DNA of 64,000 nucleotides from Tubulanus polymorphus (Eukaryota; Animalia; Nemertea). Each line of letters opens with the position of its first letter. Position 1 is the stretch's first letter. The stretch lies in contig NC_134026.1 in assembly GCF_964204645.1 (NCBI RefSeq), forward strand, positions 15,038,150 through 15,102,149, given 5' to 3'. Position numbers and translations under genes: made by a program. The notes under the pieces are model-generated. The model did no database searches, had not been told where the DNA came from, and saw only the letters and a program-made list of their open reading frames with translations. Below, piece by piece: positions 27,150 through 38,578 of the stretch.

Positions 27150-28100
27150 AATATAAAAGCGTTGATAAAATAATATAATTTTTCAATATATAAAGTGTGA
27201 GTAAAATGATTTAGATTTTAGGTATGAAAAGTGTGAGTAGTGTGGGTAAAATAATTAAGATTTTTCAATATTAAAAGTGTTAGTAAAGTATGAGTAAAAT
27301 ATTTTAGACTTTTTACATAGAATATAGTAAAATAATTAAATTTCTAATAACAAAAGTAAAATGATTTAGATTCTATAATACAAATTATCCAGAAAATTCA
27401 TTTTATTAAAAATTTTGTTATGTAAATGAAAGAAGAAATCGAATTTAAAATTGAAATAAAAGAATCTAATAAACTACTTTCACTAAAACATTAAATATTA
27501 AAAATTATATCTCAGTAAAAAATCTAGTGTATGGAAGACAATATAAAATTGATAATATCACTATAATTAATCTCATATTTTTTCAAACGAAACATATTTA
27601 ATTACTGAAGTAATACATACTTTCGATAATGGCGTCAAAAATCCTAAAATATTTAATACAGTTTAAATTATAAAGGTAATTTAGATGTAGAAATAATACT
27701 CTTAATATTCCTTTTAATGAATGAAATTGTGAGTTAATACTTTCAAAAGGTAAAAATTATATGATAAACTTGATAAAGAATTGAAAAAACGACAATTATA
27801 TTATTTTAATTTGATAATAAACAAATTATTTATGATGAAAATACATCAAATATTGTTATTCAATGTGATTTAGAAAATAATAATAGGTTTTTTAAAGATA
27901 GTGCAATTCAATGTGATTTAGAAAATAATAAATCTTTTTTAGATATTCCAATTCAATGTGATTTAGAAAATGAATTTAAAAAATTCAATCCTTATGATTG
28001 ATTTGATGTAAAGTATTGTTATTGTGGAGGTAAATATTTAAAATCACATAAATCAAAGCATTATCAAACAATTAAACATGAAAACTATGAAAAGAGTAAT
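27150..28100 (+). pseudogene. Degenerate homolog of the mini-element interior (Zn-finger ORF plus AAAGTGTGAGTAAA repeats)
   Basis: Colinear with 6450-7350, e.g. tattgttattgtggaggtaaatatttaaaatcacataaatcaaagcattatca. Confidence 0.8.
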
Positions 28101-28482
28101 AATTCTCCATTCAAAAAAGAATTAAGTAATTTTACAAATTATATCATTCAATTAAATAAAAGTTTAATATTTTAAAAATGATTAATCAAATAATTGTTAT
28201 ATTAAAGTTTTTTATTATCTAAAAAGTTAAAATCAATGAAAAGATAACGGATTTAAATCAAATTATTATTAAATTAAGTTAAATGATTTGTTTTAGAGAT
28301 AATTGAATAAATAATTCATTTAAATCAAACAATTGTTCAATCAAATGTTTGTGATATTTAAATAGTTAAAACCGATGATAAGATAATTGATTCTTAAAAC
28401 AATATTATTAAATTAAGTTGAATTATAGGCATATCAGTTAGTCATTTCGGATTCTTGACATTTAAATTAACTGTTTATAGAA

Positions 28483-29881
28483 TCTTTCGACGCTGTTTCC
28501 TTGTTCACAAATATACCATTGGAACCAACTCTCAATTTACTCCCGGACTCCAATCTTGATCTCCCAATTCCCGTAGAATGTTTACTTGAACTTTTGGAAC
28601 TCTGTACAACCAATCTATATTTCCAATTCCAAGACAAATTCTATGAACAAATTTTCGGTTTCGCTATGGGTAACCCATTATCCCCCATTTTGGCTAATCT
28701 TTTTTCATTGAACACTTTGAATCCGAAATTCTCCCTAAGTACGCTGGCTCTAAACCTAACTTTTGGATTAGATATGTTGATGACATTCTGTGCTTAGTTT
28801 CTGATAATTTTGATCTTACCTCTTTTATCGACTTCATCATCTCCCAATATCCATCTTTGAAATTCACTTTTGAATGGGAACAAAATGACCAAATTCCGTT
28901 TTTAGATGTTCTAATTCACAATAAATTTTCTCATTTGATTTTCTTAGTCTACCGTAAACCGATCAACGCCGAGGCATACCTTCACTTCTTTTCGTTTACT
29001 GCTAAATAAATCAAAATTGGTCTTGCTCAAGGCCTCTTTCTACTACGGATCTACGATGAAACCTTCCTTTCGGCTGAATTTGAACATATATCCAACTCTC
29101 TTAGAAAATTGGCTAACCCTGATCACATTTTCAGAATAGCTATTTCTAAGGCTAAACGTACTTTCTTCAATTCTAAACCTCCAGAAAATTAAAAAAACCC
29201 ATTTCAGAGTTCATTGTAGTTCCGTATGTACCTGTTTTGGAAAAGTTTCGTCACTCTCTCCCTTTATTGGATAAACAAATCATTTTCACGTATGAAAACA
29301 AAATTATTAAGACTTGGGTTAAAAACAATCAATCTTAACCATTGGACTGCGGAGTTAACAAAATTCCTTGTTTTGGCTGTGATAAAATTTACTTTGGAGA
29401 AACTGGTCGTGATTTAAAAACTCGAATTTCGGAACACAAAAAGGATATATCATAAATCAAAAACCGGCTAGTGGCGTAGCCAATCACGTTTGGAACACTG
29501 GTCATCGTTTTAATTTTGATAAAGCCGAAATTATTCATACTTCCAGCAATTACACTAAACGCCACATAGTTGAGTCTGCCCTAATTACCCGTCACTCAGA
29601 TATTAGTACCAATTTAAATAATGGCTTTTCTCCGCATAATTCCCTTCTTTCTAATTATATTACTTCATGCCTTGCCAAACACTAAATATTTACTCACTCA
29701 CCAATTTACTCAATTAACGTGTCCTCCTCTGTATATATACCCCTGTTTTTAATCTATATCTCACACCTGACGATGATCTCTAGGGTGAGATCGAAACGTC
29801 GTGTCTTTTATATATTTTTGATTGAATAAATAAATTCTGGTTTTTAAATTCTTTTAATCTGTAAATAGTGGGATTTTATCT
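28483..29881 (+). mobile_element. 5'-truncated Penelope-like retroelement (RT + GIY-YIG), decayed
   Basis: SFDAVSLFTNIP, FYEQIFGFAMGNPLSPILAN, WIRYVDD, IPFLDV, VYRKP; endonuclease KIPCFGCDKIYFGETGR.LKTRISEH. Confidence 0.9.
29763..29804 (+). ncRNA. Minimal type I hammerhead ribozyme
   Basis: Stem I ACAC/GTGT, core CTGACGA, stem II GATCTC/GAGATC, GAAA, minimal palindromic stem III, GTC cleavage triplet; lies in the Penelope 3' repeat. Confidence 0.85.
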
Positions 29882-30399
29882 TAAAATAAACCCAACCATT
29901 ATTATTTTCTTATTTAAATTATCATAGAATTTCGGTAATTTGTTAAAATTTAATGTTTCTAAATCCAAAGTTTCTATTTTACCATAACCTAATTTATTAT
30001 TATAGATATTATAAAAACTATTAGATGGTATGGGAAGTGTACAATATTCTACGATCATTTTAGGGCAAGGAAGTGATCTTATTTTTCCAAGTTTTGTTCT
30101 GAAATCAGAATGAATTATATCTATATTAAATTCATTACAAATTTTATAAAACTTTGATAAATTGATATTATTATCTAATTCTTTAAAATATCTAGATCCT
30201 GGCAAAGGGGTCTCTAATTCATTTAATATTAATCTTATTTGAAAATAAGTATGGAATCTAAATACACTTTGAATTAATTTATATTTAGAATTATTCAAAT
30301 GATCATTCCAACTAATTCCACATCCTGTTGTTGCACAATAAACTGCAAAATTTAATTGGTTCTGCCAATATTTCATATTAGATTTTAATAACCATTGTT
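29876..30399 (-). pseudogene. C-terminal part of a Polinton-associated ORF (WQNQLNFAVYCATTGCG), split by the 30400-42033 insertion
   Basis: Joins ORF 42034-42256 in frame across the TSD: KDEKQ|WLLKSNMKYW. Confidence 0.8.
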
Positions 30400-30803
30400 A
30401 GTAATAGGGATAATGGGCTTTCATACCAAAGGTCGAACGGTCGAGCCCATTAAAAAACAAAATATTAAAAGTAATTAAAAACTATAATATATTTTCATAA
30501 CCGCGTGCATTTTATATTAAAACTAAATATTTATTCTAAGATATCAATAATATAAAAAGCATATTGTATTAAATCAATTGGTCGCTCCACTTCGCTACCG
30601 CTCCGCTCCGCGACCAATTGATTTAATTACAATACACAAATTCAAATAATCAAATATATTCAAATGATAATAATTATTCTATTATTCAACTGAAATGCAC
30701 GCGGTTATGAAAATATATTATAGTTTTTAATTACTTTTAATATATGTTATTAATGAACTCGATCATTAAACCTTTGATATGAAAGCCCATTATCCCTATT
30801 ACT
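30400..30803. repeat. 404-bp imperfect terminal hairpin (mirrored at 41630-42033)
   Basis: AGTAATAGGGATAATGGGCTTTCATA at 30400 and its reverse complement ending at 30803; inner stem attaaatcaattggtcgc / gcgaccaattgatttaat. Confidence 0.9.
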
Positions 30804-30883
30804 CTTAAAATATTCATATATATGAATAACATTTAAATCATTGAACTTCTAAAATCAATTTTAATAAAAAATATAGTATTGAA

Positions 30884-31144
30884 ATGGAAGCAAATAAGTA
30901 CTACTGCCCAACATGTTATATCGATATAGATAAATCCCAAAAAGCAAGACACAATAAAACTAGAACACATTTAGAAAATAAATTGAAACTAGAGTATTCA
31001 GAACAGTTAACAAAAGGAAAGAAATTTATTGAATTATGGAACACTGATCCAAATAATGAACAATACGTTGAGGATACGATGTTTATACTAGAAAATCATT
31101 CTATTTTAGCCTATATACATTCAATGTACAGAGCTATAGAATAA
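30884..31144 (+). CDS. Small zinc-finger protein, 86 aa
   Basis: YYCPTC......KARHNKTRTH; open in both arms. Confidence 0.7.
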   Translation: MEANKYYCPTCYIDIDKSQKARHNKTRTHLENKLKLEYSEQLTKGKKFIELWNTDPNNEQYVEDTMFILENHSILAYIHSMYRAIE

Positions 31145-31829
31145 ATCTATAAATTCACAGCTGTTACAGTTGTTACTATAACGACGAGACATTATGACAC
31201 GTCATAATCAGAAACGTGTAGAATATTCTAGAAAAGGCGCGCCGGAACTAGATGACGTGGCATAATCAACGACGTGTTCATTCTAGAAATCGCCCCGGAA
31301 ATGGACATATGCTGTAATATTGTGCTCAGGATATTCTATCTTTCGAAACGAAATAAGGAGTTTATAGTATACAATTATAAATCTAAATGTTTGTTATAGT
31401 TATTAAGGTTATTAAATATGAAACCTTTAGATATATTTAAGTGTATTTAGTATATCTTTTAGATAGCTAGAGTTACCGCTAATATCTTTTAGATTAATAA
31501 AACGCCATACGCATCAAGAAGCGATAGAGAAACTCAAGATACTCTTTCTGCCTGAGGAATCAACAGCAATGGATATCAAACCAATAGAATCACCAAAAGA
31601 TCAACGAAGAAACTATATAAGAATTTCAAAAACATTAAGACTCCAATGATTAAGTTTAACATTTGTTGATGTAGTTAAATATTTACCAGCAATTGAAAAA
31701 ATGTTTGTAATTATAAATTGTATTTATAGAAATCAAATGATGTATTAGAAGAAATGACTGAACAACTTGTATAATGTATTGTGTAAATCTGATTTGTGAA
31801 TTTTTATGTTCAGTCGTTTCTATTATGTT

Positions 31830-32140
31830 TAACGCATGCGCATTAAGCAAAACCGGCCATAAATGGCCGCATGTGACACATGTAACGCATGTGACGAGGG
31901 ACATGAATGCGTTCGAATTTTCTATGTTCAGTTGTTTCTATTTTACAGAATTTATAGAATGAATATACAATTATGATTAGCGCATGCGTATTGATCAAAA
32001 CCGGCCATAAATGGCCGCATGTGACACATGTAACGCATGTGTTGTTTCTATTTTACAGAATTTATAGAATGAATATATAATTATGAATAACGCATGCGCA
32101 TTAAGCAAAAACGCTCCTGTATGTCCGCATGTGACGCGGG
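31830..32140. promoter_or_regulatory. Triplicated GC-rich motif block upstream of the HNH gene (candidate enhancer or origin)
   Basis: TAACGCATGCGCATTAAGCAAAACCGGCCATAAATGGCCGCATGTGAC in about 3 copies; includes CC(A/T)6GG and GCATGCGC. Confidence 0.45.
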
Positions 32141-32284
32141 TATTGTAACTGGTATTATTTAGATATCAAGGAATCGAAACAACTTATCAAAAGCAACGAA
32201 GAATGAAAAAGGATGACGTTAGTCGAAGAAATGGAAGAGGATTATAAAATATTAACCAATTTAGTAAAAAAATACGTATAATAA

Positions 32285-32959
32285 ATGGAACCAGAACAAC
32301 CACAAATTATCAATATTACAAATAACACTGGCGTTATAAACATATACTACAAGAAGTGTTCTAAATGTGAATTAGATAAATCATTAACAGAATTTAGTAA
32401 GCGTAAGATTAGCAAAGATGGTTTTCAATATTATTGTAAAACTTGTATTAAACTATATACCAAACAATATCGAGAAGATAATAGAGAATCTTATAATGAT
32501 TATATGACAGAATATATGAGAGAAAGATATCAAACAGATCTTAATTTTAGATTGAAACAATGCTTAAGATCTAGATTAACACAATTATTCAACAAAGAAA
32601 CACATTCAGAAACATTATCTAATTTATTGGGTTGTTCAGATGAATTTCTCAAATCATGGATTATATTTCAATTCGATGATAAAATGAATATAGATAATTA
32701 TGGGGATTATTACCATATTGATCACGTGTTACCAATATCTAAATTTAACATGAATGATGAATACAATAAAAAACTTATTTGGAATTGGAAAAATTTAAGA
32801 CCTTTAGAAAAGAAAGAAAATCAAATCAAATCTAATAAACTAGATTTACAATTATATTTGGAACAGTTGAATAAAGCAAGGAAATTTATTGATTGGTGGA
32901 ATAGTAACCCACAGAATGAACAATACGTTGAGGAATTTGATATCAAGGATCCGAAATGA
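32285..32959 (+). CDS. HNH-family endonuclease with N-terminal Cys4 zinc module, 224 aa
   Basis: KKCSKC....L.EF......DG....CKTC; YHIDHVLP...WKNLRPL...EN..KSNK. Confidence 0.8.
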   Translation: MEPEQPQIINITNNTGVINIYYKKCSKCELDKSLTEFSKRKISKDGFQYYCKTCIKLYTKQYREDNRESYNDYMTEYMRERYQTDLNFRLKQCLRSRLTQLFNKETHSETLSNLLGCSDEFLKSWIIFQFDDKMNIDNYGDYYHIDHVLPISKFNMNDEYNKKLIWNWKNLRPLEKKENQIKSNKLDLQLYLEQLNKARKFIDWWNSNPQNEQYVEEFDIKDPK

Positions 32960-33261
32960 CTTATCTGGACAGTTATAGTTACTGCTCCTAATAGATAGAC
33001 AATAGTAGTGAGATATCAAATAGAATTCAAATAAAATATATTAAAAAAACAATAACTTCAACTAGCTAATGAATTCTATTATATTTTTAATATTTTCTTT
33101 TCAAAAGAGAATACTTTATATTTTGAATAGATTCAAATAGAAATTCTTTAAATTCAAATAGCTAGTATCAGTAGTCAATACTAGAATTCTTTAACTTTAA
33201 CTAGCTAGTATCATTTGAAGAATACTTATAATACTATTCTTATTAAATTTCTCTAATATAA

Positions 33262-33864
33262 ATGTCAAAGAAATCTAATAAGGATAGTATTGATATTGAA
33301 AAAACATTAGATGATTTGGGTATTAGTGATAATAAAGATACAGTTGTTTCTAATTCTATTCAAGTTAATAACAATATAGATTATGAATACTATTTATATT
33401 GTAAGCATCATCTTGAATTATTAATTGCTGGTGGAAAAACTAAAGAGTTTTTAACTAAGACTATTACTTTTCAAGAATTAGATGCTATGAAACCCGATCA
33501 AGTAATAAAATATTTTAAGATTTATGAAGAGGCAAGATTATCTAAAATAAATGATTCTATTTCTAATGGTATTGTCAAATGTTATTCTAAGTTATGTAAC
33601 CAGTTAATACCAATTGATGATGAAAATAAATTATATAATGATTTGAAAAATGACTATTTAGTTATGACTGAATTACAAAAATGGGTTGGATATGCTTCAT
33701 TTCAATTAGGATCGGTTATGACATTGATTTCTACTGGAGTTATAACATTTTCGAATATCAAACCTATGGAATATAAATCAGGTAAGAACGAAACAGATGT
33801 ACTACAACAAAACGTCGAAACAGAAAATGAATCAGAACAAAAATTAACTAAAATAAATGAGTGA
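33262..33864 (+). CDS. Polinton-associated hypothetical protein, 200 aa
   Basis: Intact ORF in a tightly packed cluster with integrase and ATPase. Confidence 0.7.
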   Translation: MSKKSNKDSIDIEKTLDDLGISDNKDTVVSNSIQVNNNIDYEYYLYCKHHLELLIAGGKTKEFLTKTITFQELDAMKPDQVIKYFKIYEEARLSKINDSISNGIVKCYSKLCNQLIPIDDENKLYNDLKNDYLVMTELQKWVGYASFQLGSVMTLISTGVITFSNIKPMEYKSGKNETDVLQQNVETENESEQKLTKINE

Positions 33865-34051
33865 TGGAGTTAAGAAAAAGCCTAGATCTGAGAAACAAAT
33901 TAAATGGGCAAGAGAATTAGGTAAAAGATCTTCAGAATCAAAAAAAGCTAAGAAAAAGAAATTAACTGATATAAATGAATCACCTGATATTGATTCAAAT
34001 AATAATCCATCTAATTCTTCTAATGCTGGAAGTAATTATAAATTAAAGTGA
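33857..34051 (+). pseudogene. Deletion-truncated copy of the 114-aa protein
   Basis: About 205 bp missing near 34045 relative to the right arm. Confidence 0.75.
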
Positions 34052-35084
34052 AGTATCATATTCTAACGTTTCAGAATTATGGAATAAAATTAAATCTGAT
34101 AATAATATAAAATATAGTGAATTAAAATCATGGTTACAAAATCAACCCACATATAATATTCATAAAAAGATGGATAAAAAATATTTAACAAGAAAAGTAA
34201 TGGTTTCATATATTGACCAACAATGGCAAGCTGATTTAATTGACATGAAAAACTTAGAAGAATACAACAAAGGATATTTCTGGATACTAAATGTTATAGA
34301 TATATTCAGTAGATACGCATGGAGTATCCCGATTAAAAATAAAACTGGTATAGAAGTTACAAATTCTTTCAAATTAATATTTAAAGAAGCTATCCCAGAT
34401 AAAATACAATTTGATGAAGGTAAAGAATTTTATAACAAACATTTCAAAAAACTATTATCTGATAACGATGTAGAATATTTTTCAACACATTCAGATAAAA
34501 AAGCATCTGTTATAGAAAGATTTAATAAAACATTGAAAACTAGAATGTGGAAATATTTTACTGCTAATGAAACATACAAATATATCGATGTGTTAGATGA
34601 TTTAGTGAAAGGTTATAATAATTCTAAACATAGTTCTATAAATATGAAACCTATACAAGCTAGAAAAGAAGAAAATTCAGAAATAGTTTGGAATAATTTA
34701 TATGGTGCGTTTGTTACACATGATTTTGGAGAACCTAAATTTAAAATAGGACAACATGTTAGAATTTCTAAATATCGAAAAACATTTTATAAAGGTTATA
34801 CCCCTAATTTTACTGAAGAAATATTTAAAATTAAAAAGATAATATCAACTAAACCATTTGTTTATAAATTGTTTGATTTAAAAGATGAAGAAATATTAGG
34901 TTATTTTTATGAACAAGAATTATCATTAGTACCAAATCCAGATGAAATAGAATACAAAATAGAAAAGGTATTAAAAACTAAAACATTACGCGGTAAGAAA
35001 TATTCTCTGGTGAAATATAAAGGATATGATGATAAATTTAATGAATGGATTTTATCTAGTAAAATTAAAAGAATAAATGAATAA
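34047..35084 (+). pseudogene. Polinton rve integrase, left-arm copy lacking its start
   Basis: Matches 37142-38227 except that the native start is removed by the deletion. Confidence 0.85.
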
Positions 35085-35688
35085 AGATTTGTTTATATTT
35101 GAACCACATAATATGTTAGTTACTGGAGTTACAAATTGTGGTAAAACACACTTCATATTATATTTATTAGAAACTATTTATCAGAATCATTTTGATAATA
35201 TAATATTATTCTGTCCTACATATGAAATGAATAAAACATATAATAGAGATATAGTTAAGATAAAAAAGTTTATTATATTAGACCCTAAAACAGTAAAAGG
35301 AAATTTAGATAATTGTATAAAAATTGCATTAGATATTTATAAAGGATCTAATACATTATTTATTATTGATGATTGCGCAAATTTACATGATTCTAAAATT
35401 AGAGAAAGTGAGTTATGTTATTTAGCTTTCTCTGGTAGACATTTTGGGATAACAACATGGGTTTTAAATCAGAAATATAATTCAATTGTGAAAGATTTTA
35501 GAGAGAATATAAGATTTCTAGTTTTATTCTACAACAAAGATAAAAAATCTATGCAACAATCATTGGAAGAAAATCAAATTATACCTACTGAATTACATGA
35601 TGAATATATGAATAAATTAAAGAATAATAAAGGTTCAAAATTATTAATGAGATTACAATTTCCCTATGAATATAAATTTATAAAATAA
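35077..35688 (+). CDS. A32/FtsK-HerA-type DNA-packaging ATPase, 203 aa
   Basis: Walker A GVTNCGKT, Walker B LFIIDD, SGRH, LNQ, REN motifs. Confidence 0.9.
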   Translation: MNKDLFIFEPHNMLVTGVTNCGKTHFILYLLETIYQNHFDNIILFCPTYEMNKTYNRDIVKIKKFIILDPKTVKGNLDNCIKIALDIYKGSNTLFIIDDCANLHDSKIRESELCYLAFSGRHFGITTWVLNQKYNSIVKDFRENIRFLVLFYNKDKKSMQQSLEENQIIPTELHDEYMNKLKNNKGSKLLMRLQFPYEYKFIK

Positions 35689-36006
35689 AATCCTAATTCA
35701 AAATATTATAGAATTCACTGTATACTGATGGATGAGTGGATGAATTGGATGAATTGGATGAGTGGATGAATGGATGAGTGTAATAATATATATATTTTAC
35801 TTTTTAACACATAAATTGGAAGAATAGTATGAGTATAAATACAATATTTATATTCTTTATTAAATTTAACACAATATATATATATATATATATATATTAT
35901 TAAAATAATATTTAAATATAATATAAAATTGATAAAATAACTTCAAATCAAACTCTTACTGTTTTAAAAATAAAAAACATATGTAAATTATATATTATTA
36001 CACTAT

Positions 36007-36810
36007 AAATGTCATATAATAATAAATATATTTTTATAAAATAATAAAATGATAAATAATAAAATGATAAATATATTTTTATATAATAATAAAATGATAA
36101 ATAATAAATGTCAGATAAATAATAAAATGATAAATGTCATATAATAATAAATATATTTTTATAAAATAATAAAATGATAAATGTCATATAATAATGAATA
36201 TATTTTTATAAAATAATAAATATATTTTTATAAAATAATAAAATGATAAATAATAAATGTCATATAATAATAAATATATTTTTATAAAATAATAAAATGA
36301 TTAATAATAAATGTCATATAATAATAAATATATTTTTATAAAATAATAAAATGATAAATAATAAATGTCATATAATAATAAATATATTTTTATAAAATAA
36401 TAAAATGATAAATAATAAATGTCATATAATAATAAATATATTTTTATAAAATAATAAAATGATAAATAATAAATGTCATATAATAATAAATATATTTTTA
36501 TAAAATAATAAAATGATAAATAATAAATGTCAGATAATAATAAATATATTTTTATAAAATGATAAAATGATAAATGTCATATAATAATAAATATATTTTT
36601 ATAAAATAATAAAATGATAAATAATAAATGTCATATAATAATAAATATATTTTTATAAAATAATAAAATGATAAATAATAAATGTCATATAATAATAAAT
36701 ATATTTTTATAAAATGATAAAATGATAAATAATAAATGTCAGATAAATAATAAAATGATAAATGTCATATAATAACAAATATATTTTTATAAAATAATAA
36801 AATGAGAGAT
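36007..36810. repeat. AT-rich 54-bp tandem array
   Basis: Unit aaatgtcatataataataaatatatttttataaaataataaaatgataaataat (e.g. gtcata at 36421 and 36475). Confidence 0.9.
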
Positions 36811-37116
36811 AATAAAATAATAAAAAGATAATATAATAAGCCAGAATTTTCTAGCTTATTATATATATAATATATATGATGTATATTGATATATCTTATA
36901 ATAAATAATATTTTAATGTAAAAATTTTTACATTTAATATTTTAATTATAGAATATCAATATACATCATATATATTATATATATAATAAGCTAGAAAATT
37001 CTGGCTTATTATATTATCTTTTTTTATTATTTTATTATCTCTCATTTTATTATTTTATAAAAATATATTTATTATTATATGACATTTATCATTTTATTAT
37101 TTATCTGACATTTATT
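36731..37116. repeat. Central loopless palindrome, the symmetry axis of the element (36924|36925)
   Basis: aatgtaaaaa|tttttacatt at the apex; bulged AT-rich segment beside it, near-perfect stem further out. Confidence 0.9.
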
Positions 37117-37141
37117 ATGTGGTTCAAATATAAACAAATCT

Positions 37142-38227
37142 TTATTCATTTATTCTTTTAATTTTACTAGATAAAATCCATTCATTAAATTTATCATCAT
37201 ATCCTTTATATTTCACCAGAGAATATTTCTTACCGCGTAATGTTTTAGTTTTTAATACCTTTTCTATTTTGTATTCTATTTCATCTGGATTTGGTACTAA
37301 TGATAATTCTTGTTCATAAAAATAACCTAATATTTCTTCATCTTTTAAATCAAACAATTTATAAACAAATGGTTTAGTTAATATTATCTTTTTAATTTTA
37401 AATATTTCTTCAGTAAAATTAGGGGTATAACCTTTATAAAATGTTTTTCGATATTTAGAAATTCTAACATGTTGTCCTATTTTAAATTTAGGTTCTCCAA
37501 AATCATGTGTAACAAACGCACCATATAAATTATTCCAAACTATTTCTGAATTTTCTTCTTTTCTAGCTTGTATAGGTTTCATATTTATAGAACTATGTTT
37601 AGAATTATTATAACCTTTCACTAAATCATCTAACACATCGATATATTTGTATGTTTCATTAGCAGTAAAATATTTCCACATTCTAGTTTTCAATGTTTTA
37701 TTAAATCTTTCTATAACAGATGCTTTTTTATCTGAATGTGTTGAAAAATATTCTACATCGTTATCAGATAATAGTTTTTTGAAATGTTTGTTATAAAATT
37801 CTTTACCTTCATCAAATTGTATTTTATCTGGGATAGCTTCTTTAAATATTAATTTGAAAGAATTTGTAACTTCTATACCAGTTTTATTTTTAATCGGGAT
37901 ACTCCATGCGTATCTACTGAATATATCTATAACATTTAGTATCCAGAAATATCCTTTGTTGTATTCTTCTAAGTTTTTCATGTCAATTAAATCAGCTTGC
38001 CATTGTTGGTCAATATATGAAACCATTACTTTTCTTGTTAAATATTTTTTATCCATCTTTTTATGAATTTGATATGTGGGTTGATTTTGTAACCATGATT
38101 TTAATTCACTATATTTTATATTGCTATTATCAGATTTAATTTTATTCCATAATTCTGAAACGTTAGAATATGATACTTCACTTTCTGGGTTATAATATAA
38201 ATCTCTTAAATATTGTTCTTTTTTCAT
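37142..38227 (-). CDS. Polinton/Maverick rve integrase with C-terminal chromodomain-like region, 361 aa
   Basis: DDE residues in WQADL, QFDEG, VIERFN; PKFKIG..VRISK; YKIEKVL...LVKYKGY....NEWI. Confidence 0.93.
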   Translation of the reverse strand: MKKEQYLRDLYYNPESEVSYSNVSELWNKIKSDNSNIKYSELKSWLQNQPTYQIHKKMDKKYLTRKVMVSYIDQQWQADLIDMKNLEEYNKGYFWILNVIDIFSRYAWSIPIKNKTGIEVTNSFKLIFKEAIPDKIQFDEGKEFYNKHFKKLLSDNDVEYFSTHSDKKASVIERFNKTLKTRMWKYFTANETYKYIDVLDDLVKGYNNSKHSSINMKPIQARKEENSEIVWNNLYGAFVTHDFGEPKFKIGQHVRISKYRKTFYKGYTPNFTEEIFKIKKIILTKPFVYKLFDLKDEEILGYFYEQELSLVPNPDEIEYKIEKVLKTKTLRGKKYSLVKYKGYDDKFNEWILSSKIKRINE

Positions 38228-38233
38228 CTTATT

Positions 38234-38578
38234 TTAATCCATTAATAATAATTTAGATTTAGTTTCATTTGATTTATTTTCTGGTATGATAGGTTTATCA
38301 TCGGAATCATATTTATCATCAGATTTGAATTTTGATTTATATATTACACCGGATAATATAATAACTGTTACTAATCCAATTGTAATATATAATTTATAAT
38401 TACTTCCAGCATTAGAAGAATTAGATGGATTATTATTTGAATCAATATCAGGTGATTCATTTATATCAGTTAATTTCTTTTTCTTAGCTTTTTTTAATTC
38501 TGAAGATCTTTTACCTAATTCTCTTGCCCATTTAATTTGTTTCTCAGATCTAGGCTTTTTCTTAACTCCATCACTCAT
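38234..38578 (-). CDS. Basic 114-aa protein with one predicted TM segment
   Basis: KKPRSEKQ..WARELGKR; hydrophobic LYITIGLVTVIILSGVIY. Confidence 0.7.
   Translation of the reverse strand: MSDGVKKKPRSEKQIKWARELGKRSSELKKAKKKKLTDINESPDIDSNNNPSNSSNAGSNYKLYITIGLVTVIILSGVIYKSKFKSDDKYDSDDKPIIPENKSNETKSKLLLMD

Noticed and set aside
28439-28459. 19-nt near-match to the end of the HNH gene (39472-39490)
   Set aside because: Too short to establish homology
31683-31962. 62-73-aa ORFs over the repeat block (and mirror 40462-40650)
   Set aside because: They overlap the tandem motif block and have no protein features
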